DNA of 64,000 nucleotides from the human T2T-CHM13v2.0 reference genome, Homo sapiens (GCF_009914755.1 NC_060942.1); one strand, 5' to 3'; counted from the first letter of the stretch, positions 1-13,900 are shown. A program made the numbers and translations. The notes: generated by a model not told the origin, from the letters alone.

Positions 1-231
1 GCAGGTTTGAAACACTCTTTTTGTAGTATCTGGAAGTGGACATTTGGAGCGCTTTCAGGCCCATGTTGGAAAGGGAAATATCTTCCCGTAACAACTAGGC
101 AGAAGCATTCTCAGAAACTTATTTGAGATGTGTGTACTCAACTAAGAGAATTGAACCACCGTTTTGAAGGAGCAGTTTTGAAACACTCTTTTTCTGGAAT
201 CTGCAAGAGTATATTTGCCTAGCCTTGAGGA

Positions 232-248
232 TTTCGTTGGAAACGGGA
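232..248 (+). other. CENP-B box (m1), repeated in each HOR
   Basis: TTTCGTTGGAAACGGGA matches the 17-bp consensus YTTCGTTGGAARCGGGA. Confidence 0.97.
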
Positions 249-573
249 TTGTCTTCAGAGAAAATCTAGACAGAAGCATTCTCAGAAACTTCTTTGGGAT
301 GCTTGCATTCAAGTCACAGAGTAGAACATTCCCTTTGGTAGAGCAGGTTTGAAACACTCTTTTTGTAGTATCTGGAAGTGGACATTTGGAGCGCTTTCAG
401 GCCTACGTTGGAAAAGGAAATATCTTCCCATAACAACTAGACAGAAGCATTCTCAGAAACTAGTTTCTGATGTGTGTCCTCAACTAACACAGTTGAACAT
501 TTCTTTAGACAGAACAGTTTTGAAACACTCTTTTTGTGGAATCTGCAAGTGGCTATTTGGCTAGATTTGAGGA

Positions 574-590
574 TTTCGTTGGAAACGGGA
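574..590 (+). other. CENP-B box (m3), repeated in each HOR
   Basis: TTTCGTTGGAAACGGGA. Confidence 0.97.
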
Positions 591-740
591 TTACATATAA
601 AAAGCAGTCAGCGGCATTCTCAGAAAGTTCTTTGTGATGATTGCATTCAAGTCACAGAATTGAACATTCCCTTTCACAGAGCAGGTTTGAAACACTCTTT
701 TTGTAGTGTGTGTAAGTGGACATTTGGAGCACTTACCGGC

Positions 741-757
741 CTAAGGTGAAAAAGGAA
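741..757 (+). other. pJalpha-type (A-box) motif in non-CENP-B monomer m4; a second copy is in m8 at 1416-1432
   Basis: CTAAGGTGAAAAAGGAA lies at about the position the CENP-B box occupies in the alternate monomers. It resembles the A-type monomer consensus as I recall it. Confidence 0.75.
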
Positions 758-911
758 ATATCTTCCCATAAAAACTAGACAGAAGCATTCTCAGAAACTT
801 ACTCGTGATGTGTGTCCTCAACTAAAGGGGTAGAACCTTTCTTTTCATAGAGAAGTTTTGAAACGCTCTTTTTGTGGAATCTGCAAGTGGATATTTGGCT
901 AGTTTTGAGGA

Positions 912-928
912 TTTCGTTGGAAGCGGGA
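912..928 (+). other. CENP-B box (m5), overlapping the EcoRI site at 927-932
   Basis: TTTCGTTGGAAGCGGGA. Confidence 0.97.
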
Positions 929-1249
929 ATTCATACAAATTGCAGACTGCAGCGTTCTGAGAAACATCTTTGTGATGTTTGTATTCAGGACACAGAGTTG
1001 AACATTCCCTATCATAGAGCAGGTTTGAATCACTCCTTTTGTAGTATCTGGAAGTGGACATTTGGAGCGCTTTCAGGCCTATGTTGGAAAAGGAAATATC
1101 TTCCCATAACAACTAGACAGAAGCATTCTCAGAAACTTATTTGAGATGTGTGTACTCAACTAAGAGAATTGAACCACCGTTTTGAAGGAGCAGTTTTGAA
1201 ACTCTCTTTTTCTGGAATCTGCAAGTGGATATTTGGCTAGCTTTGGGGA

Positions 1250-1266
1250 TTTCGCTGGAAGCGGGA
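1250..1266 (+). other. CENP-B box (m7), variant at a non-core position
   Basis: TTTCGCTGGAAGCGGGA keeps the NTTCGNNNNANNCGGGN core. Confidence 0.9.
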
Positions 1267-1586
1267 ATACATATAAAAAGCACACAGCAGCGTTCTGAGA
1301 AACTGCTTTCTGATGTTTGCATTCAAGTCAAAAGTTGAACACTCCCTTTCATAGAGCAGTCCTGAAACACCCCTTTTGTAGTATCTGGAACTGGACTTTT
1401 GGAGCGATTTCAGGGCTAAGGTGAAAAAGGAAATATCTTCCCATAAAAACTGGACAGAAGCATTCTCAGAAACTTGTTTATGCTGTATCTACTCAACTAA
1501 CAAAGTTGAACCTTTCTTTTGATAGAGCAGTTTTGAAATGGTCTTTTTGTGGAATCTGCAAGTGGATATTTGGCTAGTTTTGAGGA

Positions 1587-1603
1587 TTTCGTTGGAAGCG
1601 GGA
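1587..1603 (+). other. CENP-B box (m9), overlapping the EcoRI site at 1602-1607
   Basis: TTTCGTTGGAAGCGGGA. Confidence 0.97.
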
Positions 1604-1924
1604 ATTCATACAAATTGCAGACTGCAGCGTTCTGAGAAACATCTTTGTGATGTTTGTATTCAGGACACAGAGTTGAACATTCCCTATCATAGAGCAGGTT
1701 GGAATCACTCCTTTTGTAGTATCTGGAAGTGGACATTTGGAGCGCTTTCAGGCCTATTTTGGAAAGGGAAATATCTTCCCGTAACAACTATGCAGAAGCA
1801 TTCTCAGAAACTTGTTTGTGATGTGTGCCCTCTACTGACAGAGTTGAACCTTTCTTTTCATAGAGCAGTTTTGAAACACTCTTTTTGTAGAATCTGCAAG
1901 AGGATATTTGCATAGCTTTGAGGA

Positions 1925-1941
1925 TTTCGTGGGAAACGGGA
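1925..1941 (+). other. CENP-B box (m11), variant at a non-core position
   Basis: TTTCGTGGGAAACGGGA keeps the NTTCGNNNNANNCGGGN core. Confidence 0.9.
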
Positions 1942-4900
1942 TTGTCTTCAGGTAAAATCTAGACAGAAGCATTCTCAGAAACTTCTTTGGGATGTTTGCA
2001 TTCAAGTCACAGAGTAGAACATTCCCTTTGGTAGAGCAGGTTTGAAACACTCTTTTTGTAGTATCTGGAAGTGGACATTTGGAGCGCTTTCAGGCCCATG
2101 TTGGAAAGGGAAATATCTTCCCGTAACAACTAGGCAGAAGCATTCTCAGAAACTTATTTGAGATGTGTGTACTCAACTAAGAGAATTGAACCACCGTTTT
2201 GAAGGAGCAGTTTTGAAACACTCTTTTTCTGGAATCTGCAAGAGTATATTTGCCTAGCCTTGAGGATTTCGTTGGAAACGGGATTGTCTTCAGAGAAAAT
2301 CTAGACAGAAGCATTCTCAGAAACTTCTTTGGGATGCTTGCATTCAAGTCACAGAGTAGAACATTCCCTTTGGTAGAGCAGGTTTGAAACACTCTTTTTG
2401 TAGTATCTGGAAGTGGACATTTGGAGCGCTTTCAGGCCTACGTTGGAAAAGGAAATATCTTCCCATAACAACTAGACAGAAGCATTCTCAGAAACTAGTT
2501 TCTGATGTGTGTCCTCAACTAACACAGTTGAACATTTCTTTAGACAGAACAGTTTTGAAACACTCTTTTTGTGGAATCTGCAAGTGGCTATTTGGCTAGA
2601 TTTGAGGATTTCGTTGGAAACGGGATTACATATAAAAAGCAGTCAGCGGCATTCTCAGAAAGTTCTTTGTGATGATTGCATTCAAGTCACAGAATTGAAC
2701 ATTCCCTTTCACAGAGCAGGTTTGAAACACTCTTTTTGTAGTGTGTGTAAGTGGACATTTGGAGCACTTACCGGCCTAAGGTGAAAAAGGAAATATCTTC
2801 CCATAAAAACTAGACAGAAGCATTCTCAGAAACTTACTCGTGATGTGTGTCCTCAACTAAAGGGGTAGAACCTTTCTTTTCATAGAGAAGTTTTGAAACG
2901 CTCTTTTTGTGGAATCTGCAAGTGGATATTTGGCTAGTTTTGAGGATTTCGTTGGAAGCGGGAATTCATACAAATTGCAGACTGCAGCGTTCTGAGAAAC
3001 ATCTTTGTGATGTTTGTATTCAGGACACAGAGTTGAACATTCCCTATCATAGAGCAGGTTTGAATCACTCCTTTTGTAGTATCTGGAAGTGGACATTTGG
3101 AGCGCTTTCAGGCCTATGTTGGAAAAGGAAATATCTTCCCATAACAACTAGACAGAAGCATTCTCAGAAACTTATTTGAGATGTGTGTACTCAACTAAGA
3201 GAATTGAACCACCGTTTTGAAGGAGCAGTTTTGAAACTCTCTTTTTCTGGAATCTGCAAGTGGATATTTGGCTAGCTTTGGGGATTTCGCTGGAAGCGGG
3301 AATACATATAAAAAGCACACAGCAGCGTTCTGAGAAACTGCTTTCTGATGTTTGCATTCAAGTCAAAAGTTGAACACTCCCTTTCATAGAGCAGTCCTGA
3401 AACACCCCTTTTGTAGTATCTGGAACTGGACTTTTGGAGCGATTTCAGGGCTAAGGTGAAAAAGGAAATATCTTCCCATAAAAACTGGACAGAAGCATTC
3501 TCAGAAACTTGTTTATGCTGTATCTACTCAACTAACAAAGTTGAACCTTTCTTTTGATAGAGCAGTTTTGAAATGGTCTTTTTGTGGAATCTGCAAGTGG
3601 ATATTTGGCTAGTTTTGAGGATTTCGTTGGAAGCGGGAATTCATACAAATTGCAGACTGCAGCGTTCTGAGAAACATCTTTGTGATGTTTGTATTCAGGA
3701 CACAGAGTTGAACATTCCCTATCATAGAGCAGGTTGGAATCACTCCTTTTGTAGTATCTGGAAGTGGACATTTGGAGCGCTTTCAGGCCTATTTTGGAAA
3801 GGGAAATATCTTCCCGTAACAACTATGCAGAAGCATTCTCAGAAACTTGTTTGTGATGTGTGCCCTCTACTGACAGAGTTGAACCTTTCTTTTCATAGAG
3901 CAGTTTTGAAACACTCTTTTTGTAGAATCTGCAAGAGGATATTTGCATAGCTTTGAGGATTTCGTGGGAAACGGGATTGTCTTCAGGTAAAATCTAGACA
4001 GAAGCATTCTCAGAAACTTCTTTGGGATGTTTGCATTCAAGTCACAGAGTAGAACATTCCCTTTGGTAGAGCAGGTTTGAAACACTCTTTTTGTAGTATC
4101 TGGAAGTGGACATTTGGAGCGCTTTCAGGCCCATGTTGGAAAGGGAAATATCTTCCCGTAACAACTAGGCAGAAGCATTCTCAGAAACTTATTTGAGATG
4201 TGTGTACTCAACTAAGAGAATTGAACCACCGTTTTGAAGGAGCAGTTTTGAAACACTCTTTTTCTGGAATCTGCAAGAGTATATTTGCCTAGCCTTGAGG
4301 ATTTCGTTGGAAACGGGATTGTCTTCAGAGAAAATCTAGACAGAAGCATTCTCAGAAACTTCTTTGGGATGCTTGCATTCAAGTCACAGAGTAGAACATT
4401 CCCTTTGGTAGAGCAGGTTTGAAACACTCTTTTTGTAGTATCTGGAAGTGGACATTTGGAGCGCTTTCAGGCCTACGTTGGAAAAGGAAATATCTTCCCA
4501 TAACAACTAGACAGAAGCATTCTCAGAAACTAGTTTCTGATGTGTGTCCTCAACTAACACAGTTGAACATTTCTTTAGACAGAACAGTTTTGAAACACTC
4601 TTTTTGTGGAATCTGCAAGTGGCTATTTGGCTAGATTTGAGGATTTCGTTGGAAACGGGATTACATATAAAAAGCAGTCAGCGGCATTCTCAGAAAGTTC
4701 TTTGTGATGATTGCATTCAAGTCACAGAATTGAACATTCCCTTTCACAGAGCAGGTTTGAAACACTCTTTTTGTAGTGTGTGTAAGTGGACATTTGGAGC
4801 ACTTACCGGCCTAAGGTGAAAAAGGAAATATCTTCCCATAAAAACTAGACAGAAGCATTCTCAGAAACTTACTCGTGATGTGTGTCCTCAACTAAAGGGG

Positions 4901-7900
4901 TAGAACCTTTCTTTTCATAGAGAAGTTTTGAAACGCTCTTTTTGTGGAATCTGCAAGTGGATATTTGGCTAGTTTTGAGGATTTCGTTGGAAGCGGGAAT
5001 TCATACAAATTGCAGACTGCAGCGTTCTGAGAAACATCTTTGTGATGTTTGTATTCAGGACACAGAGTTGAACATTCCCTATCATAGAGCAGGTTTGAAT
5101 CACTCCTTTTGTAGTATCTGGAAGTGGACATTTGGAGCGCTTTCAGGCCTATGTTGGAAAAGGAAATATCTTCCCATAACAACTAGACAGAAGCATTCTC
5201 AGAAACTTATTTGAGATGTGTGTACTCAACTAAGAGAATTGAACCACCGTTTTGAAGGAGCAGTTTTGAAACTCTCTTTTTCTGGAATCTGCAAGTGGAT
5301 ATTTGGCTAGCTTTGGGGATTTCGCTGGAAGCGGGAATACATATAAAAAGCACACAGCAGCGTTCTGAGAAACTGCTTTCTGATGTTTGCATTCAAGTCA
5401 AAAGTTGAACACTCCCTTTCATAGAGCAGTCCTGAAACACCCCTTTTGTAGTATCTGGAACTGGACTTTTGGAGCGATTTCAGGGCTAAGGTGAAAAAGG
5501 AAATATCTTCCCATAAAAACTGGACAGAAGCATTCTCAGAAACTTGTTTATGCTGTATCTACTCAACTAACAAAGTTGAACCTTTCTTTTGATAGAGCAG
5601 TTTTGAAATGGTCTTTTTGTGGAATCTGCAAGTGGATATTTGGCTAGTTTTGAGGATTTCGTTGGAAGCGGGAATTCATACAAATTGCAGACTGCAGCGT
5701 TCTGAGAAACATCTTTGTGATGTTTGTATTCAGGACACAGAGTTGAACATTCCCTATCATAGAGCAGGTTGGAATCACTCCTTTTGTAGTATCTGGAAGT
5801 GGACATTTGGAGCGCTTTCAGGCCTATTTTGGAAAGGGAAATATCTTCCCGTAACAACTATGCAGAAGCATTCTCAGAAACTTGTTTGTGATGTGTGCCC
5901 TCTACTGACAGAGTTGAACCTTTCTTTTCATAGAGCAGTTTTGAAACACTCTTTTTGTAGAATCTGCAAGAGGATATTTGCATAGCTTTGAGGATTTCGT
6001 GGGAAACGGGATTGTCTTCAGGTAAAATCTAGACAGAAGCATTCTCAGAAACTTCTTTGGGATGTTTGCATTCAAGTCACAGAGTAGAACATTCCCTTTG
6101 GTAGAGCAGGTTTGAAACACTCTTTTTGTAGTATCTGGAAGTGGACATTTGGAGCGCTTTCAGGCCCATGTTGGAAAGGGAAATATCTTCCCGTAACAAC
6201 TAGGCAGAAGCATTCTCAGAAACTTATTTGAGATGTGTGTACTCAACTAAGAGAATTGAACCACCGTTTTGAAGGAGCAGTTTTGAAACACTCTTTTTCT
6301 GGAATCTGCAAGAGTATATTTGCCTAGCCTTGAGGATTTCGTTGGAAACGGGATTGTCTTCAGAGAAAATCTAGACAGAAGCATTCTCAGAAACTTCTTT
6401 GGGATGCTTGCATTCAAGTCACAGAGTAGAACATTCCCTTTGGTAGAGCAGGTTTGAAACACTCTTTTTGTAGTATCTGGAAGTGGACATTTGGAGCGCT
6501 TTCAGGCCTACGTTGGAAAAGGAAATATCTTCCCATAACAACTAGACAGAAGCATTCTCAGAAACTAGTTTCTGATGTGTGTCCTCAACTAACACAGTTG
6601 AACATTTCTTTAGACAGAACAGTTTTGAAACACTCTTTTTGTGGAATCTGCAAGTGGCTATTTGGCTAGATTTGAGGATTTCGTTGGAAACGGGATTACA
6701 TATAAAAAGCAGTCAGCGGCATTCTCAGAAAGTTCTTTGTGATGATTGCATTCAAGTCACAGAATTGAACATTCCCTTTCACAGAGCAGGTTTGAAACAC
6801 TCTTTTTGTAGTGTGTGTAAGTGGACATTTGGAGCACTTACCGGCCTAAGGTGAAAAAGGAAATATCTTCCCATAAAAACTAGACAGAAGCATTCTCAGA
6901 AACTTACTCGTGATGTGTGTCCTCAACTAAAGGGGTAGAACCTTTCTTTTCATAGAGAAGTTTTGAAACGCTCTTTTTGTGGAATCTGCAAGTGGATATT
7001 TGGCTAGTTTTGAGGATTTCGTTGGAAGCGGGAATTCATACAAATTGCAGACTGCAGCGTTCTGAGAAACATCTTTGTGATGTTTGTATTCAGGACACAG
7101 AGTTGAACATTCCCTATCATAGAGCAGGTTTGAATCACTCCTTTTGTAGTATCTGGAAGTGGACATTTGGAGCGCTTTCAGGCCTATGTTGGAAAAGGAA
7201 ATATCTTCCCATAACAACTAGACAGAAGCATTCTCAGAAACTTATTTGAGATGTGTGTACTCAACTAAGAGAATTGAACCACCGTTTTGAAGGAGCAGTT
7301 TTGAAACTCTCTTTTTCTGGAATCTGCAAGTGGATATTTGGCTAGCTTTGGGGATTTCGCTGGAAGCGGGAATACATATAAAAAGCACACAGCAGCGTTC
7401 TGAGAAACTGCTTTCTGATGTTTGCATTCAAGTCAAAAGTTGAACACTCCCTTTCATAGAGCAGTCCTGAAACACCCCTTTTGTAGTATCTGGAACTGGA
7501 CTTTTGGAGCGATTTCAGGGCTAAGGTGAAAAAGGAAATATCTTCCCATAAAAACTGGACAGAAGCATTCTCAGAAACTTGTTTATGCTGTATCTACTCA
7601 ACTAACAAAGTTGAACCTTTCTTTTGATAGAGCAGTTTTGAAATGGTCTTTTTGTGGAATCTGCAAGTGGATATTTGGCTAGTTTTGAGGATTTCGTTGG
7701 AAGCGGGAATTCATACAAATTGCAGACTGCAGCGTTCTGAGAAACATCTTTGTGATGTTTGTATTCAGGACACAGAGTTGAACATTCCCTATCATAGAGC
7801 AGGTTGGAATCACTCCTTTTGTAGTATCTGGAAGTGGACATTTGGAGCGCTTTCAGGCCTATTTTGGAAAGGGAAATATCTTCCCGTAACAACTATGCAG

Positions 7901-10900
7901 AAGCATTCTCAGAAACTTGTTTGTGATGTGTGCCCTCTACTGACAGAGTTGAACCTTTCTTTTCATAGAGCAGTTTTGAAACACTCTTTTTGTAGAATCT
8001 GCAAGAGGATATTTGCATAGCTTTGAGGATTTCGTGGGAAACGGGATTGTCTTCAGGTAAAATCTAGACAGAAGCATTCTCAGAAACTTCTTTGGGATGT
8101 TTGCATTCAAGTCACAGAGTAGAACATTCCCTTTGGTAGAGCAGGTTTGAAACACTCTTTTTGTAGTATCTGGAAGTGGACATTTGGAGCGCTTTCAGGC
8201 CCATGTTGGAAAGGGAAATATCTTCCCGTAACAACTAGGCAGAAGCATTCTCAGAAACTTATTTGAGATGTGTGTACTCAACTAAGAGAATTGAACCACC
8301 GTTTTGAAGGAGCAGTTTTGAAACACTCTTTTTCTGGAATCTGCAAGAGTATATTTGCCTAGCCTTGAGGATTTCGTTGGAAACGGGATTGTCTTCAGAG
8401 AAAATCTAGACAGAAGCATTCTCAGAAACTTCTTTGGGATGCTTGCATTCAAGTCACAGAGTAGAACATTCCCTTTGGTAGAGCAGGTTTGAAACACTCT
8501 TTTTGTAGTATCTGGAAGTGGACATTTGGAGCGCTTTCAGGCCTACGTTGGAAAAGGAAATATCTTCCCATAACAACTAGACAGAAGCATTCTCAGAAAC
8601 TAGTTTCTGATGTGTGTCCTCAACTAACACAGTTGAACATTTCTTTAGACAGAACAGTTTTGAAACACTCTTTTTGTGGAATCTGCAAGTGGCTATTTGG
8701 CTAGATTTGAGGATTTCGTTGGAAACGGGATTACATATAAAAAGCAGTCAGCGGCATTCTCAGAAAGTTCTTTGTGATGATTGCATTCAAGTCACAGAAT
8801 TGAACATTCCCTTTCACAGAGCAGGTTTGAAACACTCTTTTTGTAGTGTGTGTAAGTGGACATTTGGAGCACTTACCGGCCTAAGGTGAAAAAGGAAATA
8901 TCTTCCCATAAAAACTAGACAGAAGCATTCTCAGAAACTTACTCGTGATGTGTGTCCTCAACTAAAGGGGTAGAACCTTTCTTTTCATAGAGAAGTTTTG
9001 AAACGCTCTTTTTGTGGAATCTGCAAGTGGATATTTGGCTAGTTTTGAGGATTTCGTTGGAAGCGGGAATTCATACAAATTGCAGACTGCAGCGTTCTGA
9101 GAAACATCTTTGTGATGTTTGTATTCAGGACACAGAGTTGAACATTCCCTATCATAGAGCAGGTTTGAATCACTCCTTTTGTAGTATCTGGAAGTGGACA
9201 TTTGGAGCGCTTTCAGGCCTATGTTGGAAAAGGAAATATCTTCCCATAACAACTAGACAGAAGCATTCTCAGAAACTTATTTGAGATGTGTGTACTCAAC
9301 TAAGAGAATTGAACCACCGTTTTGAAGGAGCAGTTTTGAAACTCTCTTTTTCTGGAATCTGCAAGTGGATATTTGGCTAGCTTTGGGGATTTCGCTGGAA
9401 GCGGGAATACATATAAAAAGCACACAGCAGCGTTCTGAGAAACTGCTTTCTGATGTTTGCATTCAAGTCAAAAGTTGAACACTCCCTTTCATAGAGCAGT
9501 CCTGAAACACCCCTTTTGTAGTATCTGGAACTGGACTTTTGGAGCGATTTCAGGGCTAAGGTGAAAAAGGAAATATCTTCCCATAAAAACTGGACAGAAG
9601 CATTCTCAGAAACTTGTTTATGCTGTATCTACTCAACTAACAAAGTTGAACCTTTCTTTTGATAGAGCAGTTTTGAAATGGTCTTTTTGTGGAATCTGCA
9701 AGTGGATATTTGGCTAGTTTTGAGGATTTCGTTGGAAGCGGGAATTCATACAAATTGCAGACTGCAGCGTTCTGAGAAACATCTTTGTGATGTTTGTATT
9801 CAGGACACAGAGTTGAACATTCCCTATCATAGAGCAGGTTGGAATCACTCCTTTTGTAGTATCTGGAAGTGGACATTTGGAGCGCTTTCAGGCCTATTTT
9901 GGAAAGGGAAATATCTTCCCGTAACAACTATGCAGAAGCATTCTCAGAAACTTGTTTGTGATGTGTGCCCTCTACTGACAGAGTTGAACCTTTCTTTTCA
10001 TAGAGCAGTTTTGAAACACTCTTTTTGTAGAATCTGCAAGAGGATATTTGCATAGCTTTGAGGATTTCGTGGGAAACGGGATTGTCTTCAGGTAAAATCT
10101 AGACAGAAGCATTCTCAGAAACTTCTTTGGGATGTTTGCATTCAAGTCACAGAGTAGAACATTCCCTTTGGTAGAGCAGGTTTGAAACACTCTTTTTGTA
10201 GTATCTGGAAGTGGACATTTGGAGCGCTTTCAGGCCCATGTTGGAAAGGGAAATATCTTCCCGTAACAACTAGGCAGAAGCATTCTCAGAAACTTATTTG
10301 AGATGTGTGTACTCAACTAAGAGAATTGAACCACCGTTTTGAAGGAGCAGTTTTGAAACACTCTTTTTCTGGAATCTGCAAGAGTATATTTGCCTAGCCT
10401 TGAGGATTTCGTTGGAAACGGGATTGTCTTCAGAGAAAATCTAGACAGAAGCATTCTCAGAAACTTCTTTGGGATGCTTGCATTCAAGTCACAGAGTAGA
10501 ACATTCCCTTTGGTAGAGCAGGTTTGAAACACTCTTTTTGTAGTATCTGGAAGTGGACATTTGGAGCGCTTTCAGGCCTACGTTGGAAAAGGAAATATCT
10601 TCCCATAACAACTAGACAGAAGCATTCTCAGAAACTAGTTTCTGATGTGTGTCCTCAACTAACACAGTTGAACATTTCTTTAGACAGAACAGTTTTGAAA
10701 CACTCTTTTTGTGGAATCTGCAAGTGGCTATTTGGCTAGATTTGAGGATTTCGTTGGAAACGGGATTACATATAAAAAGCAGTCAGCGGCATTCTCAGAA
10801 AGTTCTTTGTGATGATTGCATTCAAGTCACAGAATTGAACATTCCCTTTCACAGAGCAGGTTTGAAACACTCTTTTTGTAGTGTGTGTAAGTGGACATTT

Positions 10901-13900
10901 GGAGCACTTACCGGCCTAAGGTGAAAAAGGAAATATCTTCCCATAAAAACTAGACAGAAGCATTCTCAGAAACTTACTCGTGATGTGTGTCCTCAACTAA
11001 AGGGGTAGAACCTTTCTTTTCATAGAGAAGTTTTGAAACGCTCTTTTTGTGGAATCTGCAAGTGGATATTTGGCTAGTTTTGAGGATTTCGTTGGAAGCG
11101 GGAATTCATACAAATTGCAGACTGCAGCGTTCTGAGAAACATCTTTGTGATGTTTGTATTCAGGACACAGAGTTGAACATTCCCTATCATAGAGCAGGTT
11201 TGAATCACTCCTTTTGTAGTATCTGGAAGTGGACATTTGGAGCGCTTTCAGGCCTATGTTGGAAAAGGAAATATCTTCCCATAACAACTAGACAGAAGCA
11301 TTCTCAGAAACTTATTTGAGATGTGTGTACTCAACTAAGAGAATTGAACCACCGTTTTGAAGGAGCAGTTTTGAAACTCTCTTTTTCTGGAATCTGCAAG
11401 TGGATATTTGGCTAGCTTTGGGGATTTCGCTGGAAGCGGGAATACATATAAAAAGCACACAGCAGCGTTCTGAGAAACTGCTTTCTGATGTTTGCATTCA
11501 AGTCAAAAGTTGAACACTCCCTTTCATAGAGCAGTCCTGAAACACCCCTTTTGTAGTATCTGGAACTGGACTTTTGGAGCGATTTCAGGGCTAAGGTGAA
11601 AAAGGAAATATCTTCCCATAAAAACTGGACAGAAGCATTCTCAGAAACTTGTTTATGCTGTATCTACTCAACTAACAAAGTTGAACCTTTCTTTTGATAG
11701 AGCAGTTTTGAAATGGTCTTTTTGTGGAATCTGCAAGTGGATATTTGGCTAGTTTTGAGGATTTCGTTGGAAGCGGGAATTCATACAAATTGCAGACTGC
11801 AGCGTTCTGAGAAACATCTTTGTGATGTTTGTATTCAGGACACAGAGTTGAACATTCCCTATCATAGAGCAGGTTGGAATCACTCCTTTTGTAGTATCTG
11901 GAAGTGGACATTTGGAGCGCTTTCAGGCCTATTTTGGAAAGGGAAATATCTTCCCGTAACAACTATGCAGAAGCATTCTCAGAAACTTGTTTGTGATGTG
12001 TGCCCTCTACTGACAGAGTTGAACCTTTCTTTTCATAGAGCAGTTTTGAAACACTCTTTTTGTAGAATCTGCAAGAGGATATTTGCATAGCTTTGAGGAT
12101 TTCGTGGGAAACGGGATTGTCTTCAGGTAAAATCTAGACAGAAGCATTCTCAGAAACTTCTTTGGGATGTTTGCATTCAAGTCACAGAGTAGAACATTCC
12201 CTTTGGTAGAGCAGGTTTGAAACACTCTTTTTGTAGTATCTGGAAGTGGACATTTGGAGCGCTTTCAGGCCCATGTTGGAAAGGGAAATATCTTCCCGTA
12301 ACAACTAGGCAGAAGCATTCTCAGAAACTTATTTGAGATGTGTGTACTCAACTAAGAGAATTGAACCACCGTTTTGAAGGAGCAGTTTTGAAACACTCTT
12401 TTTCTGGAATCTGCAAGAGTATATTTGCCTAGCCTTGAGGATTTCGTTGGAAACGGGATTGTCTTCAGAGAAAATCTAGACAGAAGCATTCTCAGAAACT
12501 TCTTTGGGATGCTTGCATTCAAGTCACAGAGTAGAACATTCCCTTTGGTAGAGCAGGTTTGAAACACTCTTTTTGTAGTATCTGGAAGTGGACATTTGGA
12601 GCGCTTTCAGGCCTACGTTGGAAAAGGAAATATCTTCCCATAACAACTAGACAGAAGCATTCTCAGAAACTAGTTTCTGATGTGTGTCCTCAACTAACAC
12701 AGTTGAACATTTCTTTAGACAGAACAGTTTTGAAACACTCTTTTTGTGGAATCTGCAAGTGGCTATTTGGCTAGATTTGAGGATTTCGTTGGAAACGGGA
12801 TTACATATAAAAAGCAGTCAGCGGCATTCTCAGAAAGTTCTTTGTGATGATTGCATTCAAGTCACAGAATTGAACATTCCCTTTCACAGAGCAGGTTTGA
12901 AACACTCTTTTTGTAGTGTGTGTAAGTGGACATTTGGAGCACTTACCGGCCTAAGGTGAAAAAGGAAATATCTTCCCATAAAAACTAGACAGAAGCATTC
13001 TCAGAAACTTACTCGTGATGTGTGTCCTCAACTAAAGGAGTAGAACCTTTCTTTTCATAGAGAAGTTTTGAAACGCTCTTTTTGTGGAATCTGCAAGTGG
13101 ATATTTGGCTAGTTTTGAGGATTTCGTTGGAAGCGGGAATTCATACAAATTGCAGACTGCAGCGTTCTGAGAAACATCTTTGTGATGTTTGTATTCAGGA
13201 CACAGAGTTGAACATTCCCTATCATAGAGCAGGTTTGAATCACTCCTTTTGTAGTATCTGGAAGTGGACATTTGGAGCGCTTTCAGGCCTATGTTGGAAA
13301 AGGAAATATCTTCCCATAACAACTAGACAGAAGCATTCTCAGAAACTTATTTGAGATGTGTGTACTCAACTAAGAGAATTGAACCACCGTTTTGAAGGAG
13401 CAGTTTTGAAACTCTCTTTTTCTGGAATCTGCAAGTGGATATTTGGCTAGCTTTGGGGATTTCGCTGGAAGCGGGAATACATATAAAAAGCACACAGCAG
13501 CGTTCTGAGAAACTGCTTTCTGATGTTTGCATTCAAGTCAAAAGTTGAACACTCCCTTTCATAGAGCAGTCCTGAAACACCCCTTTTGTAGTATCTGGAA
13601 CTGGACTTTTGGAGCGATTTCAGGGCTAAGGTGAAAAAGGAAATATCTTCCCATAAAAACTGGACAGAAGCATTCTCAGAAACTTGTTTATGCTGTATCT
13701 ACTCAACTAACAAAGTTGAACCTTTCTTTTGATAGAGCAGTTTTGAAATGGTCTTTTTGTGGAATCTGCAAGTGGATATTTGGCTAGTTTTGAGGATTTC
13801 GTTGGAAGCGGGAATTCATACAAATTGCAGACTGCAGCGTTCTGAGAAACATCTTTGTGATGTTTGTATTCAGGACACAGAGTTGAACATTCCCTATCAT

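Larger units (their letters stand above)
106..2140 (+). repeat. Representative 12-mer HOR unit (numbering local to this window, m1-m12)
   Basis: Monomer starts at 106, 277, 448, 615, 786, 953, 1124, 1291, 1461, 1628, 1799 and 1970. Lengths 171, 171, 167, 171, 167, 171, 167, 170, 167, 171, 171, 171 sum to 2035. Odd monomers carry the CENP-B box; even monomers do not. Confidence 0.95.

Noticed and set aside
272-293. Heat-shock-element-like alternating GAA/TTC (AGAAGCATTCTCAGAAACTTCT)
   Set aside because: The spacing between GAA/TTC triplets is mostly 3 bp rather than the 2 bp of a canonical nGAAn array.
596-603. TATA-like TATAAAAA just downstream of the CENP-B boxes in m3 and m7
   Set aside because: It is an ordinary part of the monomer consensus. 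No other promoter evidence is visible, and centromeric transcription start sites cannot be inferred from this motif.
106-2140. Assignment to DXZ1 (chromosome X), also a 12-mer of about 2 kb
   Set aside because: DXZ1 is a pentameric SF3 repeat of about 2057 bp defined by a BamHI site. This unit is 2035 bp, strictly dimeric, and I see no GGATCC.
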